A stretch of 64,000 nt of DNA, from positions 32,001 through 96,000 of IMG/VR virus record IMGVR_UViG_3300032308_002775; one strand, given 5' to 3'. The stretch comes from a virus. The notes under the pieces were generated by a model. It was given only the letters and a program-made list of their open reading frames with translations. It was not told the DNA's origin and made no database searches. Each line of letters begins with the position of its first letter. Position 1 is the stretch's first letter. Made by a program: the position numbers and the translations under genes. Shown here piece after piece: positions 39,701-48,980 of this stretch.

Positions 39701-40250
39701 GGGCCTGCAGAGCGCGAGCACGCTGGCCAAGCACGGCATCGTGCTAAGCAGCGACTTCATGAACCAGACGATTAACGTCAAATCCGAAGAAGTCGCGCGC
39801 AAGCAAATGGAAGCCGCCGCCGAGGCCGCGCGCAAGGAACGCGAAAACCTCGAGACGGGCATCGACGCAGCAGCCGAGGAGCGCGGCACGCCCCGTCCCG
39901 CTGGTGCCGGTGCAGCAGCCGCGGCAGGCGACAAACCGGCACGCCCACGCGGTGTCGGCGCAGAAACGACGCGGACCGAATCGATGTCGGTAGAGGCGTC
40001 CAAAGTCACCGTGAACATGGCCCGCGAGGCGGCCAGCGGTCAAACAGCCGCGGCCGAGAGTCGCGGCGTCAAAGCGGCGCCAGCAACCGGCGGCGCGGAA
40101 GCTCAAAGCAACGAATTGACCATCAACGGGACAATTGCACTGCGCAACCTGTACGAGGGAATCGTCAGCGTCACCGGCGAGCGGCCAATCGATACCCCTG
40201 ACGGTCCGTCCGTCTTCCCGAGCCGCGGCTCGGGAATGGTTATGGGCTAA
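36744..40250 (+). CDS. tape measure protein (1168 aa)
   Basis: Long, helical, Ala/Gly/Met/Glu-rich; no Cys or Trp; canonical position. Confidence 0.75.
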   Translation: MPGFSSDNPFQSGPFRTPYYGPGQGPALMQDPAAAMIMMFGMPLLQGTMGSDKFLPHFTPNQALMDQFMASQYQRSNLAASLAASRMGEEAVSDRVLGIASMLTGTPASQLNREQANNLASMINHPIAKMMLGQLMGPENMEALMFGRRGDPAALASAVGRVGFFRRDALGSERMNAQSLEDFSKAIHANLYGEGANVDDMRGFMAGQAGQIFENLFQRGMLPQSIGALSAAERVRLLGDEANRDPVTMDRLADEFGRRELMKSDRTFDVEVDGKKLSRRFNEVTEEEQKLILERERPGFRSRLDDTFERIDEFRKEDFARGKSPAEMETAARDIEKLAGYDVTARNVDASKTSGKIKEFAGAVAAVREIFGDNGNPNAPMPALLAALEQLTQGALPQMSAKGVEGTMRQMRLAAREAGIGMEQLMGMSAQIGAYGDTLGIARPVSMQNTLNTALLTKAMREAGSFSNPRFGQTDQATAAQDAGMAMQRGDASGVGMTLAAMRRAVETNPELYAGTEAEALVNAYKNNQTTYTFDGRTVNLANTAGKGGAPALAEIFTRSNGSMATLNMYSLDQMTQKYMNAGYTYELQSAELQRDVTNGVLGGMVMDRLDLNSVRDTARALGVSEKDAEDARFAFGKTVSDQLAGVIIKETGGMEPEERQKYLRDKLPELMKNVFMEGGVADPAEAERRAEAFMPLLFGANEKEQLDVLGRMISAVDLTVQNATGKTLTALDQRSSPEVIANYRREQVVNKNRAERMGQMQRGRESSLLQRIGEEAERVGQGGTFTIQDSIERITNILDVAGLRDAYAPELAQGFGRALEIERGLVLQDADVLALADAAEKGGAGGADALKKLKFLAGVDEKMQVVADDAKDIDPNKQITRTELRERARSQVGTAAGFTEEARRENKKKLERLNDYYQAMVSGDKADLVTAASDNLAEDAALKRRLSEEDAEKLRGRFEKAALGDKDELNALRETLSEDEFKMLEGLQSASTLAKHGIVLSSDFMNQTINVKSEEVARKQMEAAAEAARKERENLETGIDAAAEERGTPRPAGAGAAAAAGDKPARPRGVGAETTRTESMSVEASKVTVNMAREAASGQTAAAESRGVKAAPATGGAEAQSNELTINGTIALRNLYEGIVSVTGERPIDTPDGPSVFPSRGSGMVMG

Positions 40251-40264
40251 GGACGACCAACACC

Positions 40265-40774
40265 ATGTCTACAAGCGTCTTTCCAGTCTGCGACGGCGTC
40301 GTCTCAATGGTGACGATCAACTGCGCGCAGCCAAACGGCGGTGCCATTTTCAAGATTTCGAGCCCGGGGCTTTCCTTGCCCGTCACAGGCTTTTCACTGG
40401 ATCTGTCGTCAAACTACCAGTTCCAACATTCGCTGAACGAGTTCATTTACGTTTACGCGTTTGGCGAACGCGTCGGCGAGTTGATTCTCTCCGGTATGGG
40501 GTTTCTTGGCGCGTGTGGTAACGCCGCAGGCAAGAACGCCTGCGGCGCGCTAAAGCTCTACAAAGACAAAAGCCTGGGAACGAGCAAAAAGGGCACGACA
40601 ATCACGCTTGGCAACTGCGGAACGTTTTGGGCTTTTTTGACGGGGCTGCGCATAGAGGTGCCGAAGCCAGACGTTTTAGTGGCGTACTGGTCGATGCGTT
40701 TTCACGTGATTCTCAAACCCGGATCCGCGTTCGGAAACGAATTTCGCGGCGGCGGTATCGATAGGTTGCCTTAA
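40265..40774 (+). CDS. putative baseplate tube-initiator/tube-like protein
   Basis: YQFQHSLNEFIYVYAFGERVGELILSG; follows the tape measure gene. Confidence 0.5.
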   Translation: MSTSVFPVCDGVVSMVTINCAQPNGGAIFKISSPGLSLPVTGFSLDLSSNYQFQHSLNEFIYVYAFGERVGELILSGMGFLGACGNAAGKNACGALKLYKDKSLGTSKKGTTITLGNCGTFWAFLTGLRIEVPKPDVLVAYWSMRFHVILKPGSAFGNEFRGGGIDRLP

Positions 40775-40775
40775 C

Positions 40776-41582
40776 ATGATTAACCACGCCCGCACTCTTC
40801 TGTTGAACGTCGCCAGCGACAACGGCGCACCGGCGGACTTTGGCGAAGAGTACATTCCGACGAGCTTCGTTCCGGTCACGCTGCCGTCGTACATCGTTAC
40901 GCCGCGCCGCATTCTGTTCGGCGCCGCGCCGGATCGGTACTTCCTGAACTTTCGCGGTCGCGAATTGATGCACAACCTGCACCAGACCGAGTTGCAGGAG
41001 TATGTGACTGCGCTCGATCCGCGCGTCACCTACTGGCCCGAGCTTACCGCTCCGTTCTTCACCCCGGCCTCAAAGATATCTAATGCGCACATTGGCGGTC
41101 CGAAGCTGGGGCGTCTTTTCTTTTCCGGCGCGCCTGCTGCGGACAGCGGCCGCGGCCGGAGTCTGCGGGAGTATCTCGTAGAAACGGCCGCGGACACCAT
41201 CACCGTCACTCTCCGCGCCGCTCCTGGCCAGGCCGCCGAAAGCGTCACGAGCCCGTTTGACACTGAAAGCGGCGTGACGCAGGCGGTGCTCATGCCCAGA
41301 AGCCAGCTTCGCGTCCAAATCGGCAATCCGGTCAACGGAGAGCGCTGGCTGGTGACCACGCTGGCCCGCCCGACTCCAGCAATCACCACGCTGTTGCCGG
41401 TGCTGGAGCTGATGGGCGAGCCGGTGGCACTTGAGCTGTTCGGCCCCGGCAACCCGCCCGAGCCCTACAGCACGTTCAAGAACTTGTGGTTTGACCATCC
41501 TAACGCCGTTTATCGGCTGGGCGGCCTGACGCTTGCCATGATCTACCGGACAAACGAAGTCAGGAGCACGCCCAATGGCTGA
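40776..41582 (+). CDS. hypothetical baseplate protein (268 aa)
   Basis: Tightly packed ORF in the baseplate module. Confidence 0.6.
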   Translation: MINHARTLLLNVASDNGAPADFGEEYIPTSFVPVTLPSYIVTPRRILFGAAPDRYFLNFRGRELMHNLHQTELQEYVTALDPRVTYWPELTAPFFTPASKISNAHIGGPKLGRLFFSGAPAADSGRGRSLREYLVETAADTITVTLRAAPGQAAESVTSPFDTESGVTQAVLMPRSQLRVQIGNPVNGERWLVTTLARPTPAITTLLPVLELMGEPVALELFGPGNPPEPYSTFKNLWFDHPNAVYRLGGLTLAMIYRTNEVRSTPNG

Positions 41583-43230
41583 TGCCGCTCCCTATGTCGT
41601 TACGAGCTTCGCGCTCGAGGCAGAATTCAAACCAGAGTCCGGCGGCGTGATCATTTTCAAGGACGTGATCTCGATCGCGGCGACTTTCGGGTTGAACTCG
41701 ATCCCCGTCGCGCAGCTCGTCGTGGCGACCGGCAAAAACGCGCAGACGGACGAGCTGGCGTCCATCCACAAGAACAAGGGTCGGTTGAAGCACGGCACTG
41801 AAGTAACTGTTCGGCTTACGGTCACAAACCACGACGGCCAGCTCGACAAGATCGAACAAGGCACGTTTGTCATCTTTCACGGCAGGTTTGCAGGCATCGG
41901 CTATCAGCGCAGCTACGACGCGGCCAGCTATACGATTCACTTGGTTCACTGGCTCGACTACCTGAACCACGGCTCAATGGTCAACGGGAACTGGTTTCCA
42001 GGCGCGCCGTACGACCTTGCGCAGAACGCGCTCTACACGGCGCTCGGCCCAGCGCAGGAAGGAAACGCCGGGCTGCGGGGCGATCCAACGCCGCAAATCG
42101 ACGCTAACCGCAAGATCGTGAACTGGGCGAACATCAGGAAAGACCTGTGGGGCGAGGTCATCAAACCGATCTTCAAAAAGATCGCAGCCTGGCCGCTTCC
42201 TCACTATCAGGACATGGCGCAGGGCGGAGAAGAAAACAACAAGCTGGTCCTGGAAGCTCTCGAAAAGATGCCCGGCGACGGCGCCAAGTACTACTCCAAT
42301 CTGCGGCTTGATATGGAGGGGCTGCAATCGGAAAACGTGGCGGAATCCATTCGCCTGGCGCTTGGCAAAGACGCCATGGATTCATTCGCTTACACCACGT
42401 TCTGGAACAAGCTGGTCGGCGAGTACGCGCCGCAGTTCTATTTCGCGATTTCGCCCTGCACCGAGTACGCCCTGCCAATTCCTTTCTTTGCCGGATTGAG
42501 CACGCCCTGGAAAACAATCAAGTCAGACGAATACAACTACGCCAATTTCAACGCCAGCATGATGCTGAACCTGGAGTCGGTTGACATCTTTTATCCGGTG
42601 CAAAGCTCCACGGGCTACCAGATTGGCCCCAGCGCATCGAACGCTCCGGTCGTATCTTTTCGGACGCCGATGGGCTGGTATCCGCCCCAGGACCAACAGA
42701 ACCGGCGCGGGTACAAGCTGCTCAAAGAACCGCCGACCTGGATGACGAACCTCTTTCCTGGCCCGGCGTTCGCTGCCCGATCAACCGGCATTGGCGCCGA
42801 AGGCAAAGACGTCTGCGTTCCCGATCGCGGCGACAAAAACCCGCCGAACAAGTTCTTCAACGGCTCAGGCGCGAACTACGAAGCGAAAAAAAGCGGGGCG
42901 CTAACCCGATTCGCTGAGCACTGGTACAAGACCGAGGTGCTGTACCAACGGCACGGCGAGCTGTCCGGCAAGCTGCGTTTCGATATTGCCCCGGGCTCGA
43001 TCATTGCCATCGAAACTCCTGAATACGATCTCGACAAGAAAGACAAGCTACACGCTACGGTGACGCAGGTCTCTTACGCGATTAACGCAGAGACGGCGCA
43101 GGCAGGAACAAGTTTCACGCTGGCGCACATTCGCACTGAAGATGAAAACGAGGACCAATTTTTGACAGCTAATAAGCCGCCGCTTTACCGCGTAGCGTGG
43201 CGCGGCGCGCCCTTGGCGGAGAAGAAGTGA
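41575..43230 (+). CDS. putative baseplate hub protein (gp27/gpD-like)
   Basis: SIAATFGLNSIPVAQL...IFHGRFAGIGY...GELSGKLRFDIAPGSII...VTQVSYAI pattern of hub proteins. Confidence 0.55.
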   Translation: MADAAPYVVTSFALEAEFKPESGGVIIFKDVISIAATFGLNSIPVAQLVVATGKNAQTDELASIHKNKGRLKHGTEVTVRLTVTNHDGQLDKIEQGTFVIFHGRFAGIGYQRSYDAASYTIHLVHWLDYLNHGSMVNGNWFPGAPYDLAQNALYTALGPAQEGNAGLRGDPTPQIDANRKIVNWANIRKDLWGEVIKPIFKKIAAWPLPHYQDMAQGGEENNKLVLEALEKMPGDGAKYYSNLRLDMEGLQSENVAESIRLALGKDAMDSFAYTTFWNKLVGEYAPQFYFAISPCTEYALPIPFFAGLSTPWKTIKSDEYNYANFNASMMLNLESVDIFYPVQSSTGYQIGPSASNAPVVSFRTPMGWYPPQDQQNRRGYKLLKEPPTWMTNLFPGPAFAARSTGIGAEGKDVCVPDRGDKNPPNKFFNGSGANYEAKKSGALTRFAEHWYKTEVLYQRHGELSGKLRFDIAPGSIIAIETPEYDLDKKDKLHATVTQVSYAINAETAQAGTSFTLAHIRTEDENEDQFLTANKPPLYRVAWRGAPLAEKK

Positions 43231-43231
43231 C

Positions 43232-44044
43232 ATGCCTGACATGAAGAAGCCCGGTATGCCGTCCATTCTTGACGACGTTCCTATGCCGTTCTCCGGCCCA
43301 AAAAAGCCGCAGGGCGTGGGCGACGATTTCGAATCGACGTTCTCGCAGTGGCAGCAGCGACGCACGCCGGAAACAAATACGCAGATTCTCCGGACGGTGC
43401 AGCCAGTAATCGATACGGCGCTGACCAGTTATGCGGGCGGCAACAATAGTCCCACGATTCGGTCCCGGGCGAAGTTGATGGCGCTGAAAGCCTTGGAAAC
43501 GTACGACCCGCAAAAGGGAAACGTCCGGACGCACCTCCTCAGCCAGCTTCAGAGTTTGCGCCGGACCGCGGCGCAGGCGCAAAACATCATCTCGATCCCC
43601 GAGCAGGTCGGACTAGACTACCAGCGGCTCGCCGAGAGCGAGAACGAATTGCGCGACCGACTTGGCCGCGACCCCACGGACGACGAACTGGCCGACCACA
43701 CTTTGCTCTCGCCCCGGCGGATCCGAAAGATTCGCTCGTTTGCGCAGCCTGTCGCCGAGGGCTCCACAGTAGTCGAAAGCGGCGACGAGATGAATGATGG
43801 CGGCGTGGCTAGCACGATTCCCGGCAGCATCCGCGCGGCCGAGGCGTGGATGAATTTCGTGTACGACGACCTCAGCTCGACCGACAAGTTAATCATGGAT
43901 TTGACGCTAGGGCGCAACGGGCGGCGGCGCACCAGTACGCAGGAAATTGCGCGCCGGTTGAATGTCACACCCGGCGCCGTGAGTCAGCGCGCCGCCAAAA
44001 TTCAGGCCATGATCGACAAGCGTTACACGCAGGGAGGTTTCTGA
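43232..44044 (+). CDS. sigma70-family RNA polymerase sigma factor (270 aa)
   Basis: Region 2 ALKALETYDPQKGNVRTHL; region 3 IISIPEQV...ELRDRLGRDPTDDELAD; region 4 LSSTDKLIMDLTLG...STQEIARRLNVTPGAVSQRAAKI. Confidence 0.85.
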   Translation: MPDMKKPGMPSILDDVPMPFSGPKKPQGVGDDFESTFSQWQQRRTPETNTQILRTVQPVIDTALTSYAGGNNSPTIRSRAKLMALKALETYDPQKGNVRTHLLSQLQSLRRTAAQAQNIISIPEQVGLDYQRLAESENELRDRLGRDPTDDELADHTLLSPRRIRKIRSFAQPVAEGSTVVESGDEMNDGGVASTIPGSIRAAEAWMNFVYDDLSSTDKLIMDLTLGRNGRRRTSTQEIARRLNVTPGAVSQRAAKIQAMIDKRYTQGGF

Positions 44045-44562
44045 TGGCGCACGGAAAATCGCTCGGCAAAGTAGACGACAAGTTCAAGGACCGCGTCGCC
44101 GACCTGGAAGAGTACGCCCGAGACGCGGCAGAGCAGTTCAAAGACTGGTCCCGCCCGCGGCCGTGGGCGGTGCCCAAAGTCATGGCGCAGCGCGACCTGC
44201 TCGACGTTCCCGGTCTTCATGAACCTGCCTGGGATCGCAACAAGCTCAACGAGCAGTACTCGGAGGAGGCGCTCAAGGGCCCTGGAGTATTGGGCGGCAC
44301 CGTGGGAGATCTGATCGCCATCAAGTGGCAGGTGGATTTTATGGCCACCGAGGAGCGCGCATTTCGACTGCGGCATGCGAGCCATGCCCGCTGCGCCGCG
44401 TTGCTCCACGGGCGGCTGGACGGTCACGGCAAGCAGGCTTCTGGCATTTTTTCGTTCTTAAAGGACGGCGTGCAGGAATACATTGATTTGGGCAAGGCGC
44501 ATGGCGCAAATGACGGTTTCCAGGGCGACGTGAATCCGGGCGGCGCGGCGGGCCTCGCGTAA
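44044..44562 (+). CDS. hypothetical protein (172 aa)
   Basis: GGAGG RBS; TGATG coupling to the sigma gene. Confidence 0.65.
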   Translation: MAHGKSLGKVDDKFKDRVADLEEYARDAAEQFKDWSRPRPWAVPKVMAQRDLLDVPGLHEPAWDRNKLNEQYSEEALKGPGVLGGTVGDLIAIKWQVDFMATEERAFRLRHASHARCAALLHGRLDGHGKQASGIFSFLKDGVQEYIDLGKAHGANDGFQGDVNPGGAAGLA

Positions 44563-44572
44563 GGAACAACTC

Positions 44573-45040
44573 ATGAGTCTCGCAGAATACGCAAATCGCA
44601 AGTACGACTACCTTGCCTTTCAGGGCGTCAAGGCGCTCGGAGAAGCGCGGCTGGGGCTGGCGCTTTATGCCGAAGACACCAGCGGCCAGATCTGTGTGGG
44701 CATTCAAAAGCTCGCCCAGCGGTGGGCGCTGGAGTTCCTGACCGAGCTCGGCTCAATGCCCGGTCTGCCCACTCGCGGCAGCGACTTCATGACGCAGGTT
44801 CGACAGGGTTCGCTGCGCAACGAGGTTGACGTGGTGGCGGCTTTCGGCGCCGCGAGCCTTTACGTCGAGCGCAATCTTCGCAACGAAGAATACGAGAACA
44901 TGCCCAGCGATGAGCAGTTCGATGAGGCCGAGTTAACCAGTGTCCAGTTCTTGCCGGGCTACATGAACTTGCGTGTTATGATTTACAGCCGCGCCGGTGA
45001 GTCGCGTGCGGCCATTCTCCCGATTGAAACTCTTGTTTAG
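44573..45040 (+). CDS. gp25/gpW-like baseplate wedge (sheath initiator) protein
   Basis: GIQKLAQRWALEFLTELGSMPGLPTRGSDF; directly before the baseplate J-like gene. Confidence 0.7.
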   Translation: MSLAEYANRKYDYLAFQGVKALGEARLGLALYAEDTSGQICVGIQKLAQRWALEFLTELGSMPGLPTRGSDFMTQVRQGSLRNEVDVVAAFGAASLYVERNLRNEEYENMPSDEQFDEAELTSVQFLPGYMNLRVMIYSRAGESRAAILPIETLV

Positions 45041-45048
45041 GTGTATTC

Positions 45049-46692
45049 ATGGCCCTTGAAATCGGCAGCCTGACGGAACTTGATCGCGCCCAGATTGACG
45101 CGATGTTTGCGACGTTCACGCAGCTCATGCAGGAACGGCACCCCGAGGTAGAGCTAACCCGCGGCGTGTTTCACGACCTGGTCATCTACTTTAACGCCGT
45201 GCTTAACGGGGCTGTTCGGGAGAACGTCGAGCGCGTGCTGGCGAGTAATAGCCTGCTGGGCATTTCGACCAATCCGGCGCTGGCCGACGAAGCGCTGGTC
45301 GACAAGGTCTTGTCGAACTACAACATGGCCCGCGACTTGGGTTCCCGCGCTGTCGGGGAGGGCACGTTGATTCTGAACTTGCCGAATCAAACGACGATCT
45401 CCGACGCTGTTGTCTTTATTGGCGGCGGCGTTGAATTTCAGCCGACGGCCACTTTTACGCTCCTACCGCCGGACAGTGTGCCTCTCACCGAGACCGAGCG
45501 CGTAATGATCGAGGTCGGCGACGGCACCTATGCCGCGAACATCTCGCTCCGGGCGGTAAACGTCGGCCTGGCCGGAAACATCCGCCGCGGCACCAAGCTT
45601 ATTCCAGATAACATCGTGAACAACACGGCTGACGCGTTTGCGGCTGCCGACTTCGTTAACGGCGCCGACGCTCCGACAAACGCCGAGTACCTTTCGAAAC
45701 TGTCGGCCGGTCTTGCGTCCAAAGCCATCGGCGGGCGACAGAACTACATCGCGCAGATCAAGAATCAGGCGGCGTTCGCCAACATCCCCCACCTGTCGAT
45801 TCTGGGGTGCGGCGATCCCGAACAGCAGCGCGATCAGCACAGCCTGTTCCCGATCAGCGGCGGCGGCAAGGTCGACATCTACTGCCAGACGCACGCGGAC
45901 GCGCAGGAACGAGAACATCTGCTCGAGGCGGTGTACGTTGGTCCGGGCGCCGCAGGCACCATCTGGCAGGTCGCACTCAATCGCGACCTGGCGCCGGGGT
46001 TCTACGAGGTTAGCCGGATTGCTAAGCCGCGCGACACGACCAGCGTGGGTTATTCCGTCGTGCAGGACCTGCGCTTCTGGGACACCTCAGAGGTAGATTT
46101 CGCGCCCGATATCGTCAGTGCCGAAGAGGCCGCGTACACGCGCTACCAGACGGCGATTATCCGGTTCGAGGACACGGACACCAACCCGGGAACGCTTGTT
46201 CCGCAATCCAGCACAGCGCTGTATTCGGTGACAACCGTGGGCCTGCCACTGATCGCAGCCATCCAGGATTACCTGGCGGCTCGTGACGTCCGCAGCCGCC
46301 TGGCCGACGTGCTCGCCCGGGCGGCGGTCCCCTGCTTCACAAAGATATCTTTCGAGATTCGCCAGGCCGCGAACGCCGCCGATCTTGACCCGGCGCCCAT
46401 CAAAGCAGCGATCGCCGCGGCCATTCGCAAAATTGGCTTCACCGGGCAGCTGCACTCCTCGGTGATCAGCGCGGCGGTGCATCCGTTCCTGCCCGGCAAC
46501 GCCGCCGTGAGCGCAATTGACATGTTCGGCCGCATTCGCCGTCCGGACGGAACGACGCAGTACCTGCGAGACAACATCCTGCTGCAAGTTCCGGACGACC
46601 CGAACCGGCAGGTAACGGGGCGCACAACGGTGTTTCTGGTGGGAGAGGACGACATCTCGATCTCCTTTGTAGCCGCGGGTTTTACGAACTGA
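45049..46692 (+). CDS. baseplate J/gp6-like wedge protein
   Basis: AVGEGTL...GVEFQPT...RAVNVGLAGNI...FVNGADAPTNAEY...GGKVDIY. Confidence 0.75.
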   Translation: MALEIGSLTELDRAQIDAMFATFTQLMQERHPEVELTRGVFHDLVIYFNAVLNGAVRENVERVLASNSLLGISTNPALADEALVDKVLSNYNMARDLGSRAVGEGTLILNLPNQTTISDAVVFIGGGVEFQPTATFTLLPPDSVPLTETERVMIEVGDGTYAANISLRAVNVGLAGNIRRGTKLIPDNIVNNTADAFAAADFVNGADAPTNAEYLSKLSAGLASKAIGGRQNYIAQIKNQAAFANIPHLSILGCGDPEQQRDQHSLFPISGGGKVDIYCQTHADAQEREHLLEAVYVGPGAAGTIWQVALNRDLAPGFYEVSRIAKPRDTTSVGYSVVQDLRFWDTSEVDFAPDIVSAEEAAYTRYQTAIIRFEDTDTNPGTLVPQSSTALYSVTTVGLPLIAAIQDYLAARDVRSRLADVLARAAVPCFTKISFEIRQAANAADLDPAPIKAAIAAAIRKIGFTGQLHSSVISAAVHPFLPGNAAVSAIDMFGRIRRPDGTTQYLRDNILLQVPDDPNRQVTGRTTVFLVGEDDISISFVAAGFTN

Positions 46693-46703
46693 GCAGGTGA
46701 CCA

Positions 46704-48287
46704 ATGGCGTACGAGTTTGTCTATCCCGGCAGTGATCTCGACCGAAGCCGTGTGCTGCTGTCGATTCTCGGCAGCTTCTGGGCGCGAACGTACACCGCTG
46801 TCGACCAGGTTCGGTCCTACGTCGACGCTACGGCGCAGTCTGTTGCCCAGTCGCATCGCAACCTGCTCGAGGCCGTCGCCGCGCTGAGCCGCGTGACTGT
46901 ACCGCTTTACCACACTGAAAACTGGACGCCGATAACGCTGCGCCGAAGCGACGCCAACACGGGCCTGGTTGGTGTTGGCCGCTTTGACACCGACCAGCTC
47001 GCGTTTGGCGACGGGCGAGCCAGTTTCGACACGCCGATCCAGCGGCCCTACTTCGCGTTTCCAAAACCCGACAAGCTGGTCGGCGTCGCGCAGATCTTCA
47101 ACAAACTGATTTTCCCCACGGTCGCCCTGACAGATAAGGTCGATTACATCCTGGACGAGACGCGCGGCGCTCTCGTGTTCTCGGCAAACCCGTTTGATTC
47201 CCCCGGGTTTCTGAAGCGCGGTATTTACAAGGGCAAGGATCTCGTCGATGAGGAAATTACCGTCTGGGGTTTTCACGGGCAGTTCGACTATGACTACGTT
47301 TTCAACCAGTTCGCCTACGCCCTGGGAATGCGACTGAAGACGAGTCAGGGCGCCAAGGACTTGATGAACGCCGTATACAGCGGGCTGGTTAACGGCGGCG
47401 CAACCGTGCGCGACCTAGACGCCGCCGTGGCAGCAATTTGCGGCGTGCCCCTGACCGTGGAGCCCGAAGAAACAGTGGAAGTCGTGCAGGTCGACGCGCG
47501 CGGGCTGTTCATCGCCACAGACAAAAATGTGTACCGGTTTCAGGAGAACGCCGCCCCAGTGGTTGCTGTGGGCGACAAACTGCTCGTCGGCTCGCGGCTT
47601 ACCGACGCCCTGGAAATCGTCACGCTCACAAGCGGACAGGTTCCGGCGAGCATCTCCGCGCTGACGCTCGACCAGGGTTTCTTGGCGGCCTGCTTTTACG
47701 GAGACCTTGTGTTCGAGAACAAGGACTTGCCGCTCGCCGTCGACGCGGCCCACCCCAGCGGTTACACGTTCGTCAAGTTTCCGCTGGGCGGTTTCCCGGC
47801 CGACGTGGCCCGCTTTTTCGACGACCTCCACGCGCGGGGCGTCGCGGCGGCGCAAATCGTGCCGGATCCGTGCGACCGCCAGCGCCGCAAGTTGGGGACG
47901 CTGGCGCACATGCTGGACCGCCGCGCCCAGCCGGAAAGCGAGCCGACCGCAAATAATCTGCCAAGCACGATAAATCCGCTGAAATTTATCGTCGCCAATA
48001 TCCTGCGAAACAACGTCATTATTGTGCGCATCAAGGGCGGCGCATTGGGGCAAAATCGGCTGGGCCTGTACAATATCAGGCACCTGCGCCAGCTCTTGCC
48101 GCCCCAGGCCGCCATGATCGTGATTTACGACATGGCGCCGGTCCGGGACGCCCTGAACGGCGCAGAAAACCTGGCCGAAAGCGTCGCGACGTTCACCGGC
48201 GCGGAGCCGCTATCCGACACTGTGACTGACGACCTGGTGCGCGACAACACGGTATACGCACGGACGATCTCCGGGACGTGCCAATAA
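46704..48287 (+). CDS. putative baseplate wedge protein (gpI/gp7-like position)
   Basis: Follows the J-like gene; NQFAYALG...NGGATVRDLDAAVAAICGVP. Confidence 0.5.
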   Translation: MAYEFVYPGSDLDRSRVLLSILGSFWARTYTAVDQVRSYVDATAQSVAQSHRNLLEAVAALSRVTVPLYHTENWTPITLRRSDANTGLVGVGRFDTDQLAFGDGRASFDTPIQRPYFAFPKPDKLVGVAQIFNKLIFPTVALTDKVDYILDETRGALVFSANPFDSPGFLKRGIYKGKDLVDEEITVWGFHGQFDYDYVFNQFAYALGMRLKTSQGAKDLMNAVYSGLVNGGATVRDLDAAVAAICGVPLTVEPEETVEVVQVDARGLFIATDKNVYRFQENAAPVVAVGDKLLVGSRLTDALEIVTLTSGQVPASISALTLDQGFLAACFYGDLVFENKDLPLAVDAAHPSGYTFVKFPLGGFPADVARFFDDLHARGVAAAQIVPDPCDRQRRKLGTLAHMLDRRAQPESEPTANNLPSTINPLKFIVANILRNNVIIVRIKGGALGQNRLGLYNIRHLRQLLPPQAAMIVIYDMAPVRDALNGAENLAESVATFTGAEPLSDTVTDDLVRDNTVYARTISGTCQ

Positions 48288-48296
48288 GGGAGTAAC

Positions 48297-48941
48297 ATGG
48301 CCACGGACACGATTGGAAAGAACGGGTCAGGTGTGCGCGGGCGAGTCACGCTCTGGCGGGTCGACGAGTCCAGCGGCCTGATGGTGCCGCTCCACAGCCA
48401 AAAGAACCAGATCCTCCTGTCCTGGGGCCACGTCGCCGCCCGGCAGCTCGGCTACCGACCGCAGGCCGGTCGGCCCAGCTACCACATCTCCGCGATGTAC
48501 ATCGAGTACGAAAACGTCGGGAGCCCTTCCACAGAGGTGACCGTCGAGGCCTTCGAGCGAGACCTCGATCCGGACTACTACAACAACCTGATGGCCAGCG
48601 CCTCCCGCGACTATCTCCGCGTCGCCCTGCGGCTGGAACCGACGCTGGGTATTTCGACCGACACGGCAGATCTTTACCCGGGTTACTTCACCGACGGCGC
48701 CAACGGTAACGCGCTCACGTTTTTCGCCCAGACCTCCGGCGTCGAGGGCGTGCACGGAAAGGCCTTCGGCGGCAGCGGCAACAACAGCAAGATTTACGCC
48801 GCGTCGCTCGTGGCGACACCCGGCGGCGACGACCCGACGCAGGATGTCTTGTTTGCGCGGACGACCTTCGCGGCAGCTGATCAGGTGACCAAGGAAGCGT
48901 CCTCGCAAATCGGGATCACCTGGGAAGCGGCGTTTGAATAA
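48297..48941 (+). CDS. baseplate/tail-fibre attachment protein (putative)
   Basis: C-terminal LFARTTF...KEASSQIGITW resembles tail-collar/fibre N-terminal domains. Confidence 0.45.
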   Translation: MATDTIGKNGSGVRGRVTLWRVDESSGLMVPLHSQKNQILLSWGHVAARQLGYRPQAGRPSYHISAMYIEYENVGSPSTEVTVEAFERDLDPDYYNNLMASASRDYLRVALRLEPTLGISTDTADLYPGYFTDGANGNALTFFAQTSGVEGVHGKAFGGSGNNSKIYAASLVATPGGDDPTQDVLFARTTFAAADQVTKEASSQIGITWEAAFE

Positions 48942-48980
48942 CAGTTTCACATGGATTTGTGAAACCATTGGAGGACACGG

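Noticed and set aside
28992-48287. Bacterial T6SS/eCIS/tailocin locus
   Set aside because: The tail genes are contiguous with protease, scaffold, capsid and neck genes, and no T6SS membrane complex or ATPase was recognised.
48944-48965. CRP/FNR-type site
   Set aside because: The half-sites are in the opposite order (TCACA-N6-TGTGA) to the CRP consensus, and the conserved spacer contains GGA, which favours an RNA hairpin.
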